Shown: positions 1 to 10,518 of the stretch, in pieces
Layout: each line of letters begins with the position of its first letter
How positions within the stretch are numbered: position 1 is the stretch's first letter
NCBI GenBank assembly: GCA_040902065.1
Contig: JBBDXX010000009.1
Coordinates: 89,224 to 153,223, forward strand
Direction: 5' to 3'
DNA: 64,000 nucleotides
Origin: Steroidobacteraceae bacterium
GTDB lineage: Bacteria; Pseudomonadota; Gammaproteobacteria; Steroidobacterales; Steroidobacteraceae
Notes under the pieces: model-generated
What the model was told of the DNA's origin: nothing
Database searches by the model: none
The model's input: the letters and a program-made list of their open reading frames with translations, nothing else
Translations under genes and position numbers: made by a program

Positions 1-30
1 CCGGCTGAACTGGGCTCGTTGTCATTGTGA
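1..30 (+). CDS. mraZ: MraZ, 3' end only (partial)
   Basis: Frame 1 reads PAELGSLSL* with TGA at 28-30, directly upstream of rsmH. The P-[DA]-E-L-x-x-L-x-L tail resembles MraZ C-termini and fits the conserved mraZ-rsmH order. Only 9 codons are visible. Confidence 0.35.
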   Translation, partial: PAELGSLSL

Positions 31-40
31 GTGGCGCGCC

Positions 41-988
41 GTGAGCGGCGCACCCGCACTGGAGCCGGGCGGCGTGGAACACGCGCCCGTGTTGCTGGAC
101 GCGGCGCTGAATGCGCTCGCTGTCCGCAGCGATGGCTACTACGTGGACGCGACATTTGGTCGTGGTGGCCACGCCGGGGAAATCCTCGGCCGGCTTGGCG
201 AAAGGGGGAAACTGATTGCATTCGACCGCGATCCGGATGCGGGCGCAGCGGCGGCCCGGCTCTTTGCAGGAGATCCACGCGCGCGATTCGTCCGCGCGCG
301 ATTTTCGGAACTGTCACAGCACGTCACGCGCGCTCACGCGGATGGCATCCTGTTTGATCTCGGCGTCTCCTCGCCGCAACTCGACTGCGCCGCGCGCGGT
401 TTCAGCTTCCTGCGCGACGGGCCGCTCGACATGCGCATGGATCCCGACTCCGGCGAATCCGCGGCGGACTGGCTCGCGCGCGCGGGCGAGCGGGAGATCG
501 TCGTCGTGATCTCGCGCTTCGGCGAAGAGCGTCATGCGCGACGCATCGCGCGCGCGATCGTCGCCGCGCGGGAGTCCGCGCCGATCACCACCACCGGCCG
601 ACTCGCCGGAATCATTGCGGCCTGCGTGCCGGGCCGCGAACCGGGCCGGCATCCCGCGACGCGCACGTTTCAGGCGCTTCGCATTCACATCAACGACGAG
701 CTCGGCGAGATCGAGCGCGCATTGCCGCAGGCGGTCGACGCGCTGGCACCGCGCGGGCGGCTGGTCGTCATCAGCTTCCATTCGCTGGAGGACCGCATCG
801 TCAAGCGCTTCCTGCGCACCGCTTCGCGCGAGGATCCGGCCTGGGCCGGCATGCCCCAGATTCCGCCGCAGGCGCAGCCCCGGCTGCGCCTCGTCGGCCG
901 TGCGACATTAGCGGACGGCATCGAGATCGCGAACAACCCGCGGGCGCGCAGCGCCGTGCTGCGGGTCGCCGAGAGGCTCGCCGCATGA
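41..988 (+). CDS. rsmH: 16S rRNA (cytosine1402-N4)-methyltransferase RsmH/MraW
   Basis: 315-aa ORF with a GTG start. Motifs: HAPVLLDAAL, SAM-binding DATFGRGGH, FDLGVSSPQLD, ISFHSLEDRIVKRF. It is the first full gene of the dcw cluster. Confidence 0.95.
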   Translation: MSGAPALEPGGVEHAPVLLDAALNALAVRSDGYYVDATFGRGGHAGEILGRLGERGKLIAFDRDPDAGAAAARLFAGDPRARFVRARFSELSQHVTRAHADGILFDLGVSSPQLDCAARGFSFLRDGPLDMRMDPDSGESAADWLARAGEREIVVVISRFGEERHARRIARAIVAARESAPITTTGRLAGIIAACVPGREPGRHPATRTFQALRIHINDELGEIERALPQAVDALAPRGRLVVISFHSLEDRIVKRFLRTASREDPAWAGMPQIPPQAQPRLRLVGRATLADGIEIANNPRARSAVLRVAERLAA

Positions 989-1260
989 GCCGCCGCTGGA
1001 TGCTGGTCCTGATGCCCGTGTTGTGGCTCGCGGTGCTGGCTTCGGCGATCGCGGTGGTGCGCGCACGGCACGAGGCGCGCAGGCTGTTCGTGCAGCTCGA
1101 ACAGCTCTCCACGAGCCGTGACGACCTGAACATTCAGTGGGGCAAGCTGCAGATCGAACAGAGCACCCTGTCGAATCATGGCCGCGTCGAGCGCGCCGCG
1201 GCCGAACAGGCGCGGATGGTGATGCCGCGGCCCGACGAGATACGGGTGGTCGGGCCATGA
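985..1260 (+). CDS. ftsL: Cell division protein FtsL
   Basis: 91 aa with a single N-terminal TM helix (WMLVLMPVLWLAVLASAIAVV) and then a coiled-coil-like segment. ATGA overlaps occur at both ends, and it sits in the canonical rsmH-ftsL-ftsI position. Confidence 0.85.
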   Translation: MSRRWMLVLMPVLWLAVLASAIAVVRARHEARRLFVQLEQLSTSRDDLNIQWGKLQIEQSTLSNHGRVERAAAEQARMVMPRPDEIRVVGP

Positions 1261-2975
1261 GGCGGCGCGACGGGGAAGTCGAGTTCGACGCCCGCCAGTT
1301 CCGTGTGCGCGCGCGGCTGCTGACCGGTCTGCTCGGCCTGTTCGCGCTGGTGCTGTTCGTGCGGTCCCTTCAGCTCCAGGTGCTGGATCAGCAGTTCCTC
1401 GCGGAGCAGGGCGACATGCGCAGCGTGCGCGTCGAGAAGATGTTCGCGCACCGCGGTGCCGAGTACGACCGCTTCGGCGAGCCACTCGCGATGAGTACTC
1501 CGGTGGACACGGTCTGGGTGGACCCGCCGCAGATCGCCCAGTCGAGCCAAGGCATCGAGAAGCTCGCGCGCGCGCTCAAGCGCAACCGCCAGTGGCTCGA
1601 ACAGCGCGTCACCAGCAATCTGGACCGCGAATTCCTCTACGTCGCGCGGCACGTGGATCCCGACCGGGCGCAGGAGATCCTGGCGCTCGGCATTCCCGGC
1701 GTGCACCTGGTGCGCGAGTACCGTCGGTACTACCCGAACAGCGAAGTGACGGGCCACCTGCTCGGCTTCACGAATCTCGATGATGTCGGGCAGGAAGGTC
1801 TCGAGCTCGCGTTCAACCAGTCGCTGGTGGGACAGCACGGCCTGAAAACCGTCATCAAGGACGGCCAGGGACGCATCGTCAAGAACGTCGAGATCGCCAG
1901 GCAGCCGCGGCCCGGCGAGGACCTGCACACGAGCATCGACCTGCGCATCCAGTATCTGGCGTACCGGGAACTTAAATCGGCGGTGCGCGCGCATCGCGCA
2001 CGCGCGGGCTCGGTGACGGTCATCGACGTAAGCACGGGCGAAGTGCTCGCGATGGTCAATCAGCCGGCCTTCAATCCGAACGACCGTGCGCAGTACGAAG
2101 TGGCGCGCTACAAGAACCGCGTCGCGACCGACATTTTCGAGCCGGGCTCGAGCATCAAGCCGTTCGTGGTCGCGGCGGCGCTCGCGTCCAACCGCTATCG
2201 CCCCGATTCGCTGATCGACACGACACCGTATCGCGTCGGACCACTGATGATCCGGGACAAGCACGACCTCGGCACGATCAGCCTCGGGGAAGTGCTGGCG
2301 CGATCGAGCAATGTCGGCATGTCGAAGCTCGCGCTGTCGCTCGATGCCGATCAGTTGTACGAAACGCTGCGCGCGCTCGGCTTCGGCGAAGTGAGCGCCA
2401 GCGGTTTCCCGGGCGAATCCGCCGGCCGGCTGCCGCCGGTCGCGACCTGGCGCCCGATCAACATCGCGACGATGTCGTATGGCTACGGGCTGTCGGTGAC
2501 GCCGCTGCAGCTCGCGCAGGCCTACGCGACGATCGGCGCCGAGGGCGTCCGGCGTCCGATCACTTTCCGCCACGTGCTGCAGCCCGTCGCGGGCGAGCGC
2601 GTGATGTCCGAGAAAGTGTCGCGCGATCTGATCGGGCTGCTGGAGCAGGCCGTGACGCCCGCCGGAACCGGCTCGAAGGCCGCTGTTCCGGGCTATCGCG
2701 TCGCCGGCAAGACCGGCACCGCCTGGAAGGCGGTCGAGGGCGGTTACTCGCGGGACCGATATCTCGCCGTGTTCGCGGGCGTCGTGCCGGCGTCGCAACC
2801 ACGGCTCGCGATCGTCGTGATGATCGACGAGCCCGGCGGCTCCCTTTACTACGGCGGCGACGTGTCGGCGCCGGTGTTCTCGGCCGTCGCGTCGGGCGCG
2901 TTGCGCCTGATGGCGGTCGCGCCGGACGACCTCGCGCACTTGCGGCAGGTCGCGCACGCGGAGTACGAACCATGA
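1257..2975 (+). CDS. ftsI: Peptidoglycan D,D-transpeptidase FtsI (PBP3)
   Basis: Start set at ATG 1257, which forms an ATGA overlap with the ftsL stop; the 1137 start of the ORF track lies inside ftsL. TM anchor LLTGLLGLFALVLFV. Penicillin-binding motifs are SSIK (GSSIKPF), SSN (RSSNVG) and KTG (GKTGTA). Confidence 0.93.
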   Translation: MRRRDGEVEFDARQFRVRARLLTGLLGLFALVLFVRSLQLQVLDQQFLAEQGDMRSVRVEKMFAHRGAEYDRFGEPLAMSTPVDTVWVDPPQIAQSSQGIEKLARALKRNRQWLEQRVTSNLDREFLYVARHVDPDRAQEILALGIPGVHLVREYRRYYPNSEVTGHLLGFTNLDDVGQEGLELAFNQSLVGQHGLKTVIKDGQGRIVKNVEIARQPRPGEDLHTSIDLRIQYLAYRELKSAVRAHRARAGSVTVIDVSTGEVLAMVNQPAFNPNDRAQYEVARYKNRVATDIFEPGSSIKPFVVAAALASNRYRPDSLIDTTPYRVGPLMIRDKHDLGTISLGEVLARSSNVGMSKLALSLDADQLYETLRALGFGEVSASGFPGESAGRLPPVATWRPINIATMSYGYGLSVTPLQLAQAYATIGAEGVRRPITFRHVLQPVAGERVMSEKVSRDLIGLLEQAVTPAGTGSKAAVPGYRVAGKTGTAWKAVEGGYSRDRYLAVFAGVVPASQPRLAIVVMIDEPGGSLYYGGDVSAPVFSAVASGALRLMAVAPDDLAHLRQVAHAEYEP

Positions 2976-4450
2976 GCCATCCGGTGCGGCTCGACGCACT
3001 GCTCGCGGAAGTCGCCGAAGCGCCGGCGGTCACTATCACCGGTCTGGCACTCGATTCGCGCGAGATCGCGGAGGGCGACGCCTTCGTCGCACTGAAAGGC
3101 GGCAGCCGCCATGGGCTCGAGCATGTGCCGCAGGCCGTCAGGCACGGCGCGCGTGCAGTGCTGTGGGATCCGGAGGAAGGTCGCACGCCCGCGCCGGCCG
3201 GCGTTCCCTGCGTCGCGGTGCCCCAGCTGCGCGACCGGCTGGGCGCGATCGCGGACCGCTTCTACGGCGCCCCCTCGTCGCGCCTGACCGTCGCCGGCGT
3301 GACCGGCACCAACGGCAAGACAACCTGCGCGTGGCTGCTCGCCGGCGCGGTCGAACGCCTGGCGCGCCGTGGCGCCTACCTCGGCACGCTCGGCGCCGGT
3401 TTTCCGCCGCAAGTCGCAGGCGGCGCCCTGACGACGCCCGACGTCGTGACCCTGCATCGCCAGCTGCGCGCGCTGCTGGACGCGGGCGCGTCGCACGTCG
3501 CGATGGAAGTCTCCTCGCACGCACTCGATCAGCGTCGCGTCGACGGCGTGCGCATGCGGGTGGCCGCATTCTGCAATCTGACGCGCGACCATCTCGATTA
3601 TCACGGCACGATGGAGCGCTACGCCGACGCCAAGCAACGGCTGTTCCGGCTGCCGGGCCTCGAGCACGCGGTCATCAATACGGGCGATCCGGTCGGCGCG
3701 CGTTTCGCGGCGGGCCTCGGCGCCGGCGTCGCGCTGACCGCGGTCGCGGTCGGCGGCCCGGTGCCGGCCGCTCCTCGCTTCGTGCAGGTAACGCGGGTGA
3801 CTCCGGGCGAAGCGGGGCTGGTGCTGGAGATCGCCGGGCATTTCGGCCGGCGCCTTCTGCATTCGCCGCTGGTCGGCGCATTCAACGCGGAGAACCTGGC
3901 GGTCACGCTCGGCGTGCTGCTCGCCTGGGACTTCGGCGTCGATGCGGCGCTGGCGGCGCTGGCCGCCTGCGACGCCCCGCCGGGCCGGATGGAGAGCCAC
4001 CGCCTTGCGAACGGTGTGCTCGCGGTGATCGATTACGCGCACACGCCCGACGCCCTCGCCAAGGCGCTGGCGGCGCTTCGTGCGCATGCGCGCGGACGCG
4101 TGATCGTCGTCTTCGGCTGCGGCGGCGAACGCGATCCGGGCAAGCGTCCGTTGATGGGCGAGGCGGCCGAGCGGCTCGCGGACCGCGTGTTCGTCACCGA
4201 CGACAATCCGCGCAGCGAAGACGCGGATCGCATCGTCGCGATGATCCGCGCAGGCATGAGCCGGCCGGCGCGGGCGCAGGTCGAGCGCGATCGCGCGCTC
4301 GCAATCGGCGCAGCGCTCGACGAAGCGCGTCCCGGCGATGTCGTTCTGGTCGCCGGCAAGGGGCACGAAGAATTCCAGCTGGCAGGCAACGAACGGCGCC
4401 CGTTCAGCGATCGCGAATGCGTGCGCCGGCACGTGGCGGCGCGGTCGTGA
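2972..4450 (+). CDS. murE: UDP-MurNAc-L-Ala-D-Glu:meso-diaminopimelate ligase MurE
   Basis: 492 aa. Mur-ligase P-loop GVTGTNGKTT and a DNPR motif (TDDNPRSED) typical of DAP-adding MurE. ATGA overlap with ftsI. Confidence 0.95.
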   Translation: MSHPVRLDALLAEVAEAPAVTITGLALDSREIAEGDAFVALKGGSRHGLEHVPQAVRHGARAVLWDPEEGRTPAPAGVPCVAVPQLRDRLGAIADRFYGAPSSRLTVAGVTGTNGKTTCAWLLAGAVERLARRGAYLGTLGAGFPPQVAGGALTTPDVVTLHRQLRALLDAGASHVAMEVSSHALDQRRVDGVRMRVAAFCNLTRDHLDYHGTMERYADAKQRLFRLPGLEHAVINTGDPVGARFAAGLGAGVALTAVAVGGPVPAAPRFVQVTRVTPGEAGLVLEIAGHFGRRLLHSPLVGAFNAENLAVTLGVLLAWDFGVDAALAALAACDAPPGRMESHRLANGVLAVIDYAHTPDALAKALAALRAHARGRVIVVFGCGGERDPGKRPLMGEAAERLADRVFVTDDNPRSEDADRIVAMIRAGMSRPARAQVERDRALAIGAALDEARPGDVVLVAGKGHEEFQLAGNERRPFSDRECVRRHVAARS

Positions 4451-5823
4451 AGGCCCGTCTGTCCGACATCGCGACGGCGACCGGTGGACGACTCGCGGGC
4501 GCGGATCAGAACTTTGACGGCGTGTCGATCGACTCGCGCACGCTGGAGCGCGGCCAGTTGTTCTTCGCGCTCCGAGGCGAGCGCTTCGACGGACACGCAT
4601 TCGTTGCGGCGGCGACGGCGCGCGGCGCGGCGGCGGCAGTCGTCGAGCACGCCGTCGACAACGCCATTCCGCAGCTCGTCGTCACGGACAGCGGCGCGGC
4701 GCTGACTGCACTCGCCCGCGCGTCGCGCGCAGCGAGCCGGGCGCTGGTAATCGGGGTCGGCGGCAGCAACGGCAAGACCACGACCAAGGAACTGCTCGCC
4801 AGTATCATGGCGCAAGCGGGACCGACGCTCGCGACCCGCGGCAACCTCAACAATCACATCGGCGTGCCACTCACGCTGCTCGGCCTCTCATCGTCGCACC
4901 GTTACGCGGTCATCGAAATGGGGGCAAACCGCCCAGGCGAGATCGCGACACTGGCCGAGCTTGCGCGACCCGTCATTGCGCTCGTGACCAATGCGGGCGA
5001 CGAGCACCTCGAAGGTTTCGGCGACCTGGCAGGCGTCGCGCACGCGGAAGGCGAGCTGTACGCAGCGCTGCCTCCGGACGGGACGGCGGTCATCAATGCC
5101 GACGATCCGTTTCACGATCTCTGGCGCACGATGTCGCGCGGCGGATCGGCGCTGCGGTTCGGCATCGAAAAGCCCGCCGATGCGCGCGCTTCGGCCATTC
5201 ACGGCCGCATCGACCAGGGCGTTTTCCAGACGGTCTTCACGTTGACGCTCGCAGGCGAGCAGACGCGCGTGCGGCTCGGTCTCGCCGGCCGCCACAACGT
5301 GCTCAATGCGCTCGGCGCCGCCGCGGCCGCGCATGCCGCGGGCGTCACGCTGCCACAGATCGTCTCGGGACTGGAGCGCGTGCAGGCCGTTTCAGGCCGC
5401 CTGCAACTGAAGCCGGGTCCGCGCGGCTCGTGGCTGATCGACGATTCCTACAACGCGAATCCGAGCTCGGTGCGCGCCGGCATCGACGTGCTCTGCAGCC
5501 TGCCCGGGGAACACTGGCTCGTGCTCGGCGAAATGGCGGAACTCGGCGCGCAGACGGAGTCGAGCCACATTGCGATCGGCGACTACGCACGTCGTGCCGG
5601 CATCACCCGGGTGTTTGCGATGGGCGACGGCGCGCGCCACGCGGTGGCGGCCTATGGCACGCGCGCGCACTGGTTTGGCGATGCGGCTGCGCTCGCGGAT
5701 GCGGTCGCCGCCGACATCGAAACGGGCGTGACGGTGCTGATCAAGGGATCGCGCGTCAACCGGCTCGAGCGGGTCGTCGCGCGGCTGTTGCAGCCGCTGC
5801 CGGCTGCCGGCAACGGAAACTGA
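4447..5823 (+). CDS. murF: UDP-MurNAc-tripeptide:D-Ala-D-Ala ligase MurF
   Basis: GTG 4447 overlaps the murE stop (GTGA). The upstream 428 codons of the 3163..5823 ORF are an out-of-frame Arg-rich artefact over murE. P-loop GVGGSNGKTTTKE; LIDDSYNANP. Confidence 0.93.
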   Translation: MKARLSDIATATGGRLAGADQNFDGVSIDSRTLERGQLFFALRGERFDGHAFVAAATARGAAAAVVEHAVDNAIPQLVVTDSGAALTALARASRAASRALVIGVGGSNGKTTTKELLASIMAQAGPTLATRGNLNNHIGVPLTLLGLSSSHRYAVIEMGANRPGEIATLAELARPVIALVTNAGDEHLEGFGDLAGVAHAEGELYAALPPDGTAVINADDPFHDLWRTMSRGGSALRFGIEKPADARASAIHGRIDQGVFQTVFTLTLAGEQTRVRLGLAGRHNVLNALGAAAAAHAAGVTLPQIVSGLERVQAVSGRLQLKPGPRGSWLIDDSYNANPSSVRAGIDVLCSLPGEHWLVLGEMAELGAQTESSHIAIGDYARRAGITRVFAMGDGARHAVAAYGTRAHWFGDAAALADAVAADIETGVTVLIKGSRVNRLERVVARLLQPLPAAGNGN

Positions 5824-5832
5824 GGGTCCCGC

Positions 5833-6918
5833 ATGCTGCTCGACCTGTTCGACTGGCTGACGAACTACTACGGCGGCTTCCGGGTATTCGGCTACCTGAC
5901 GCTGCGCGCCATTTTCGCGGCGCTGACAGCGCTGTCGATCGCGCTGCTGGTGGGGCCATGGATGATCCGGATGCTGGCCCGCAGGCAGATCGGGCAGGTC
6001 GTGCGCGACGACGGCCCGGACACGCATCTCGGCAAGCGCGGCACGCCGACCATGGGCGGGGCGCTGATTCTGGTCGCAGTCGCAGCCGGCACGCTGTTGT
6101 GGGCGGACCTGTCGAACCGCTTCGTCTGGATCGTGCTCAGCGTGACGCTCGCGTTCGGGCTGGTCGGCTTTTACGACGATTACCTGAAGCTGATCGTCAG
6201 GAACCCGCGTGGTCTCGCGGCGCGCTGGAAATACCTGTGGCAGTCGGTCGCGGGTATCGCCGCCGCGCTCGCGCTGTGGCAGACGGCCGACGGTCCCGCC
6301 GAGACCTCGCTCTATGTGCCGTTCTTCAAGGACGTCGCGCTGCCAATGAGCGCCGGCGCGTTCATCGCATTCACTTATTTCGTGATCGTCGGCTCGAGCA
6401 ATGCGGTCAACCTGACCGACGGGCTGGACGGGCTCGCGATCATGCCCTGTGTGATGGTCGCGGGCGGGCTCGGCGTGTTTGCCTATGCTACCGGCAACGT
6501 CAATTTCGCCAGTTACCTGCAGATTCCGTATGTGAACGGGGCAGGCGAGATCCTGATCTTCGTCGCGACCATCGTCGGCGCCGGGCTCGGCTTCCTCTGG
6601 TTCAACACCTATCCGGCGCAGGTATTCATGGGCGACATCGGAGCGCTGGCGCTGGGCGCCGCGCTCGGCGTGGTCGCCGTCGTCGTCCGCCAGGAAATCG
6701 TGCTCGCCATCATGGGCGGCATCTTCGTGCTGGAGACGATCTCGGTCATCCTTCAGGTCGCTTCATTCCGGCTGCGCGGCAAGCGCATCTTCCGGATGGC
6801 GCCGATCCACCATCATTACGAACTGAAGGGCTGGGCCGAGCCCAAGGTCATTGTCCGCTTCTGGATCATCTCTTTCATGCTGGTCCTGATCGGGCTGGCC
6901 ACGCTGAAGCTGCGCTGA
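5833..6918 (+). CDS. mraY: Phospho-N-acetylmuramoyl-pentapeptide transferase MraY
   Basis: 361-aa polytopic membrane protein with [31 protein letters not shown] and [11 protein letters not shown] motifs. Confidence 0.97.
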   Translation: MLLDLFDWLTNYYGGFRVFGYLTLRAIFAALTALSIALLVGPWMIRMLARRQIGQVVRDDGPDTHLGKRGTPTMGGALILVAVAAGTLLWADLSNRFVWIVLSVTLAFGLVGFYDDYLKLIVRNPRGLAARWKYLWQSVAGIAAALALWQTADGPAETSLYVPFFKDVALPMSAGAFIAFTYFVIVGSSNAVNLTDGLDGLAIMPCVMVAGGLGVFAYATGNVNFASYLQIPYVNGAGEILIFVATIVGAGLGFLWFNTYPAQVFMGDIGALALGAALGVVAVVVRQEIVLAIMGGIFVLETISVILQVASFRLRGKRIFRMAPIHHHYELKGWAEPKVIVRFWIISFMLVLIGLATLKLR

Positions 6919-8252
6919 TGCAGGCACACTCGATTCCGCACAGCGTGATCGTGGGTCTCGGCCGCACCGGGGTCTCGTGCGCAAGGCATCTGGCCGCGCG
7001 CGGCCACCGGCTGGTCGTGACCGATTCGCGCGCCGCGCCACCCGGGCTCGCGGACCTGCGCCGGCTGGTGCCCGCCGCAACGACCGCGCTCGGTGGATTC
7101 GACACGGCCGTGCTCGACGGCGCGGATCAGGTCGTCGTGTCGCCGGGTGTGCCGCTGTCGGAGCCGTTCCTGCAGCAGGCTGCCGCGCGCGGACTGGATC
7201 TTGTCGGCGACATCGAACTGTTCGCGCGCGAGGCGGGCGGACGCATCGTCGGCATCACCGGCACGAATGGCAAGAGCACGGTGACTACGCTGGTCGGCGA
7301 GTTCGCGAAAGCGGCCGGCATCGAAGTTCGCGCCGGCGGGAATCTCGGCGAACCCGCTCTCGACCTGCTCGAGGGCCCGCCGGCGGCGATGTACGTGCTG
7401 GAGATCTCGTCGTATCAGCTCGAAACCACGCACTCGCTGCAGCTCGAGGCCGCGACCGTGCTGAACGTGACGCCCGACCACCTCGATCGCTATCCCGACT
7501 TTGCCGGATACGCGGCCGCGAAGGCGCGCATCTACGAGCGCGCCGCGACGGCGATCGTGAATCTCGACGATGAGATCGTCGTGCGAATGCCGCGGCCGGC
7601 GCAACCGCAGGTGGCCTTCAGCCTGCGCCGGCAGGAGGCCCGGTTCAGGCTGATCGCCCGCGCCGGCCAGGAATGGCTGGCGGAGGGATCCGAGCCCCTG
7701 TTGCCGGTCGCGGAACTGGCGCTGCCGGGGCTGCACAACACGGCGAATGCGCTCGCCGCGCTCGCGATTGGCAGCGTCTGCGGCATGCCCCGCGAGGCGA
7801 TGACCGGCGTGCTGCGCGCCTTCCAGGGCCTGCCGCACCGGTCGCAGCTGATCGCGCGCTGGCGCGGCATCCGCTGGATCGACGACTCGAAAGGCACCAA
7901 CGTCGGCGCGACCCAAGCGGCGATCGCAGGGCTTGCCGCACCGCTCGTCCTGATCGCCGGTGGCGAGGGCAAGGGCCAGGATTTCGCGCCGCTCGCCGAA
8001 GCCTGCCGCGGCAAGGTGCGTCACGCGGTGCTGATCGGGCGCGACGCGCCGCTTCTGGCTACCGCGCTTGCGCAAAGCTGCGTCGTGTCGATTGCAGACT
8101 CGATGGAAACGGCGGTCGCAGGCGCCGCTTCGATCGCGGAACCCGGCGATACCGTGCTGCTGTCGCCGGCCTGCGCGAGCTTCGACATGTTCCGCGATTA
8201 CGCGCATCGCGGCGACGTGTTCGCCGAATCGGTGCGAAGGCTGCCGGCATGA
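6918..8252 (+). CDS. murD: UDP-MurNAc-L-Ala:D-glutamate ligase MurD
   Basis: ATG 6918 shares one nucleotide with the mraY TGA. N-terminal Rossmann VIVGLGRTGVS, P-loop GITGTNGKSTV, WIDDSKGTN. Confidence 0.93.
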   Translation: MQAHSIPHSVIVGLGRTGVSCARHLAARGHRLVVTDSRAAPPGLADLRRLVPAATTALGGFDTAVLDGADQVVVSPGVPLSEPFLQQAAARGLDLVGDIELFAREAGGRIVGITGTNGKSTVTTLVGEFAKAAGIEVRAGGNLGEPALDLLEGPPAAMYVLEISSYQLETTHSLQLEAATVLNVTPDHLDRYPDFAGYAAAKARIYERAATAIVNLDDEIVVRMPRPAQPQVAFSLRRQEARFRLIARAGQEWLAEGSEPLLPVAELALPGLHNTANALAALAIGSVCGMPREAMTGVLRAFQGLPHRSQLIARWRGIRWIDDSKGTNVGATQAAIAGLAAPLVLIAGGEGKGQDFAPLAEACRGKVRHAVLIGRDAPLLATALAQSCVVSIADSMETAVAGAASIAEPGDTVLLSPACASFDMFRDYAHRGDVFAESVRRLPA

Positions 8253-9436
8253 ATACCAGCATCGCATTGCAGTTCTCGCGCTCGGCCGGCCGCCAGCAAC
8301 GGCTGGTCATCGATCTGGTGATCGTCACGGCCGTGGCATGCCTGCTGCTCGCCGGGCTCGTGATGGTCACCTCGGCCTCGCTCAATGTCGCCGAGCGCCT
8401 CGCCGGCGATCCATTCTTCCATTTCGAGCGCCAGCTGCTGTCGGCGCTGCTCGGCGCCACGTTTGGCGGCGCGCTGGTTTTCGTGCCGATCTCGATCTGG
8501 CAGCGTTTCGCGCCGGTGCTGTTGCTCGCGAGCTTCGCGCTGCTGCTGCTCGTGCTGATCCCGGGAATCGGCCACGAGGTGAATGGCAGCCGCCGCTGGA
8601 TCCGGATCGGCCTGATGAATTTCCAGCCGTCGGAACTCGCGCGCTGGCTGCTCCTGACCTATATCGCGATCTACGCGGTGCGTCACCAGACCGAACTGCG
8701 CAGCACTGCGCAGGGTTTCTTCAAGCCGCTCGCAGTGCTGCTCGCGGCCGCCGTGCTGCTGCTGGCCGAGCCGGATTTCGGCGCCGCGGTCGTGCTCTGC
8801 GTGACCGGCACGGCGGTGCTGTTCGTCGCGGGCGCGCGGCTGCGCGATTTCCTGCTGGTCTGCGCGATCGGCTCCGCCGGCATCGCGCTCCTCGCTTTTT
8901 CGAGCGGCTACCGGCTGAAGCGGCTGCTGGCATTCCTGGATCCCTGGGCGGACCCTTTCAACAGCGGCTTCCAGCTCACCCAGTCGCTGATCGCGATCGG
9001 CCGCGGCGAATGGTTCGGCGTGGGGCTCGGTTCCAGCATCCAGAAGCTTTTCTATCTGCCCGAAGCGCACACCGATTTCGTGTTCGCGGTGATGGCGGAG
9101 GAGTTCGGCCTGTTCGGCGTCACCCTGGTGATCGCCGCGTTCCTCGTGCTGGTGCTGCGCAGCCTGCGGCTTTCGCGCATCGCGGCCGACGCCGGCATGC
9201 CGCTGCATGCCTGCCTCGCGGCGGGTTTCGGCATCTGGCTCGGCCTGCAGGCTTTCATCAACATCGGTGTGAACATGGGGCTGCTGCCGACGAAAGGGCT
9301 CACGCTGCCGCTCCTGTCCTACGGCCGCTCGAGCATGGTGGTGACGCTCGCATGGATCGGCGTGCTGCTGCGCGTGCACCACGAGGTCGCGGCATCCGGC
9401 AAGAGTGCGCTGCCTCCGGAAGGACGTCAGTCATGA
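8249..9436 (+). CDS. ftsW: SEDS peptidoglycan glycosyltransferase FtsW
   Basis: ATG 8249 overlaps the murD stop. Multi-TM SEDS protein with FQPSELARWLL, LPEAHTDFVFA and GLLPTKGLTLPLLSYGRSS. Confidence 0.93.
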   Translation: MNTSIALQFSRSAGRQQRLVIDLVIVTAVACLLLAGLVMVTSASLNVAERLAGDPFFHFERQLLSALLGATFGGALVFVPISIWQRFAPVLLLASFALLLLVLIPGIGHEVNGSRRWIRIGLMNFQPSELARWLLLTYIAIYAVRHQTELRSTAQGFFKPLAVLLAAAVLLLAEPDFGAAVVLCVTGTAVLFVAGARLRDFLLVCAIGSAGIALLAFSSGYRLKRLLAFLDPWADPFNSGFQLTQSLIAIGRGEWFGVGLGSSIQKLFYLPEAHTDFVFAVMAEEFGLFGVTLVIAAFLVLVLRSLRLSRIAADAGMPLHACLAAGFGIWLGLQAFINIGVNMGLLPTKGLTLPLLSYGRSSMVVTLAWIGVLLRVHHEVAASGKSALPPEGRQS

Positions 9437-10518
9437 CGGCGCCGGTCATGATCATGGCGGGCGGCACCGGCGGGCACGTCATCCCGGCCCTCGCGGTAGC
9501 GGGCGCGCTGCGCGGCCGGCGCGACGTGGTCTGGCTCGGCACCGAGCGCGGCATCGAGGCGCGTCTGGTGCCCGCCGCCGGCTATCCGGTCGAATGGATC
9601 CAGGTCGAGGGACTACGCGGCAAGGGCATCGCGCGCTGGCTGAAAGCGCCGTTCTCGCTTGCCCGCGCGGTCGGTCAGGCGCGCAGGGCCCTGGCGCGCC
9701 GGCGTCCCGGCGTGGTCCTCGGTTGCGGCGGTTTCGCGTCCGGGCCCGGCGGCATCGCCGCCTGGCTGACCGGCGCGCCGCTCGTGATCCACGAACAGAA
9801 TGCGGTGGCCGGCCTGACCAACCGCTGGCTCGCGCGCTTCGCTTCGCGCATCGCGGAAGGATTTCCCGGCAGCTTTCCGGACCGGCGCGGCGCCGTGTAT
9901 GTCGGTAACCCCGTGCGTACGGCGATCGCGGCGCTGCCGCCGCCGCGTGTGCGCATGGGTACGCGCGAAGGACCGCTCCGGCTGTTCGTGTTCGGTGGGA
10001 GCCAGGGCGCATCGGCGCTCAACCGGCTCTTGCCTGAAGCGGTCGCGATGCTCCCGCTCGCACACCGTCCGGTCGTGCTGCACCAGACCGGCACACGCGA
10101 CCGGGATGCGACCGAGGCGAGCTACCGCGCCGCTGGTGTCCGCGCGGACGTGCGCGCCTACATCGATGACATGGCCGCGGCCTACGCCGACGCGGATCTG
10201 GTGGTGTCGCGTGCCGGAGCTTCCACCGTCGCGGAACTCGCGGCCGCCGGCGTGGCTTCGATCCTCGTGCCGTTCCCGGCAGCCGTGGACGACCACCAGA
10301 CGAAGAATGCCGCGTGGCTCGGGCAGGTGAGCGCGGCACAGGTGGTGTCGGAATCCGGCCTGACCGCCGGCGAACTGGCGAACCGCCTCGCGACGCTGTT
10401 TTCGGGCGGTCGCGGCAAGCTGCTCGCGATGGCGGAAGCGGCGCGCTCGCGTGCGGTGACGGATTCCGCCGAGCGCGTTGCGGCGCTCTGTCTCGAGGCG
10501 GAAGGAATGCGCGCGTGA
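9433..10518 (+). CDS. murG: UDP-GlcNAc:lipid I GlcNAc transferase MurG
   Basis: ATG 9433 forms an ATGA overlap with ftsW. G-loop [17 protein letters not shown]-terminal [26 protein letters not shown]. Confidence 0.93.
   Translation: MTAPVMIMAGGTGGHVIPALAVAGALRGRRDVVWLGTERGIEARLVPAAGYPVEWIQVEGLRGKGIARWLKAPFSLARAVGQARRALARRRPGVVLGCGGFASGPGGIAAWLTGAPLVIHEQNAVAGLTNRWLARFASRIAEGFPGSFPDRRGAVYVGNPVRTAIAALPPPRVRMGTREGPLRLFVFGGSQGASALNRLLPEAVAMLPLAHRPVVLHQTGTRDRDATEASYRAAGVRADVRAYIDDMAAAYADADLVVSRAGASTVAELAAAGVASILVPFPAAVDDHQTKNAAWLGQVSAAQVVSESGLTAGELANRLATLFSGGRGKLLAMAEAARSRAVTDSAERVAALCLEAEGMRA

Noticed and set aside
1176-2999. A 607-aa ORF antisense to ftsI, together with similar long antisense or out-of-frame ORFs: 2849..4600(-), 14814..16841(-), 19544..22609(-, 1021 aa opposite secA), 10182..11885(-), 38140-region part of 37969..41028(+), 40605..41198(-), and others.
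   Set aside because: They are Arg/Ala/Pro/Gly-rich and lack recognisable motifs. Each fully overlaps a strongly supported conserved gene on the other strand or frame. Such open frames are the expected by-product of ~68% GC DNA with GC-rich third positions.
3163-4446. N-terminal extensions of ORF-track entries that span two genes: 3163..5823, 5430..8252, 7673..9436, 8068..10518, 10314..11924, 13631..14842, 40632..41918.
   Set aside because: The extension is read out of frame across the preceding mur/fts/suc gene and gives Arg-rich nonsense. The conserved protein begins at an internal ATG or GTG that overlaps the upstream stop codon.
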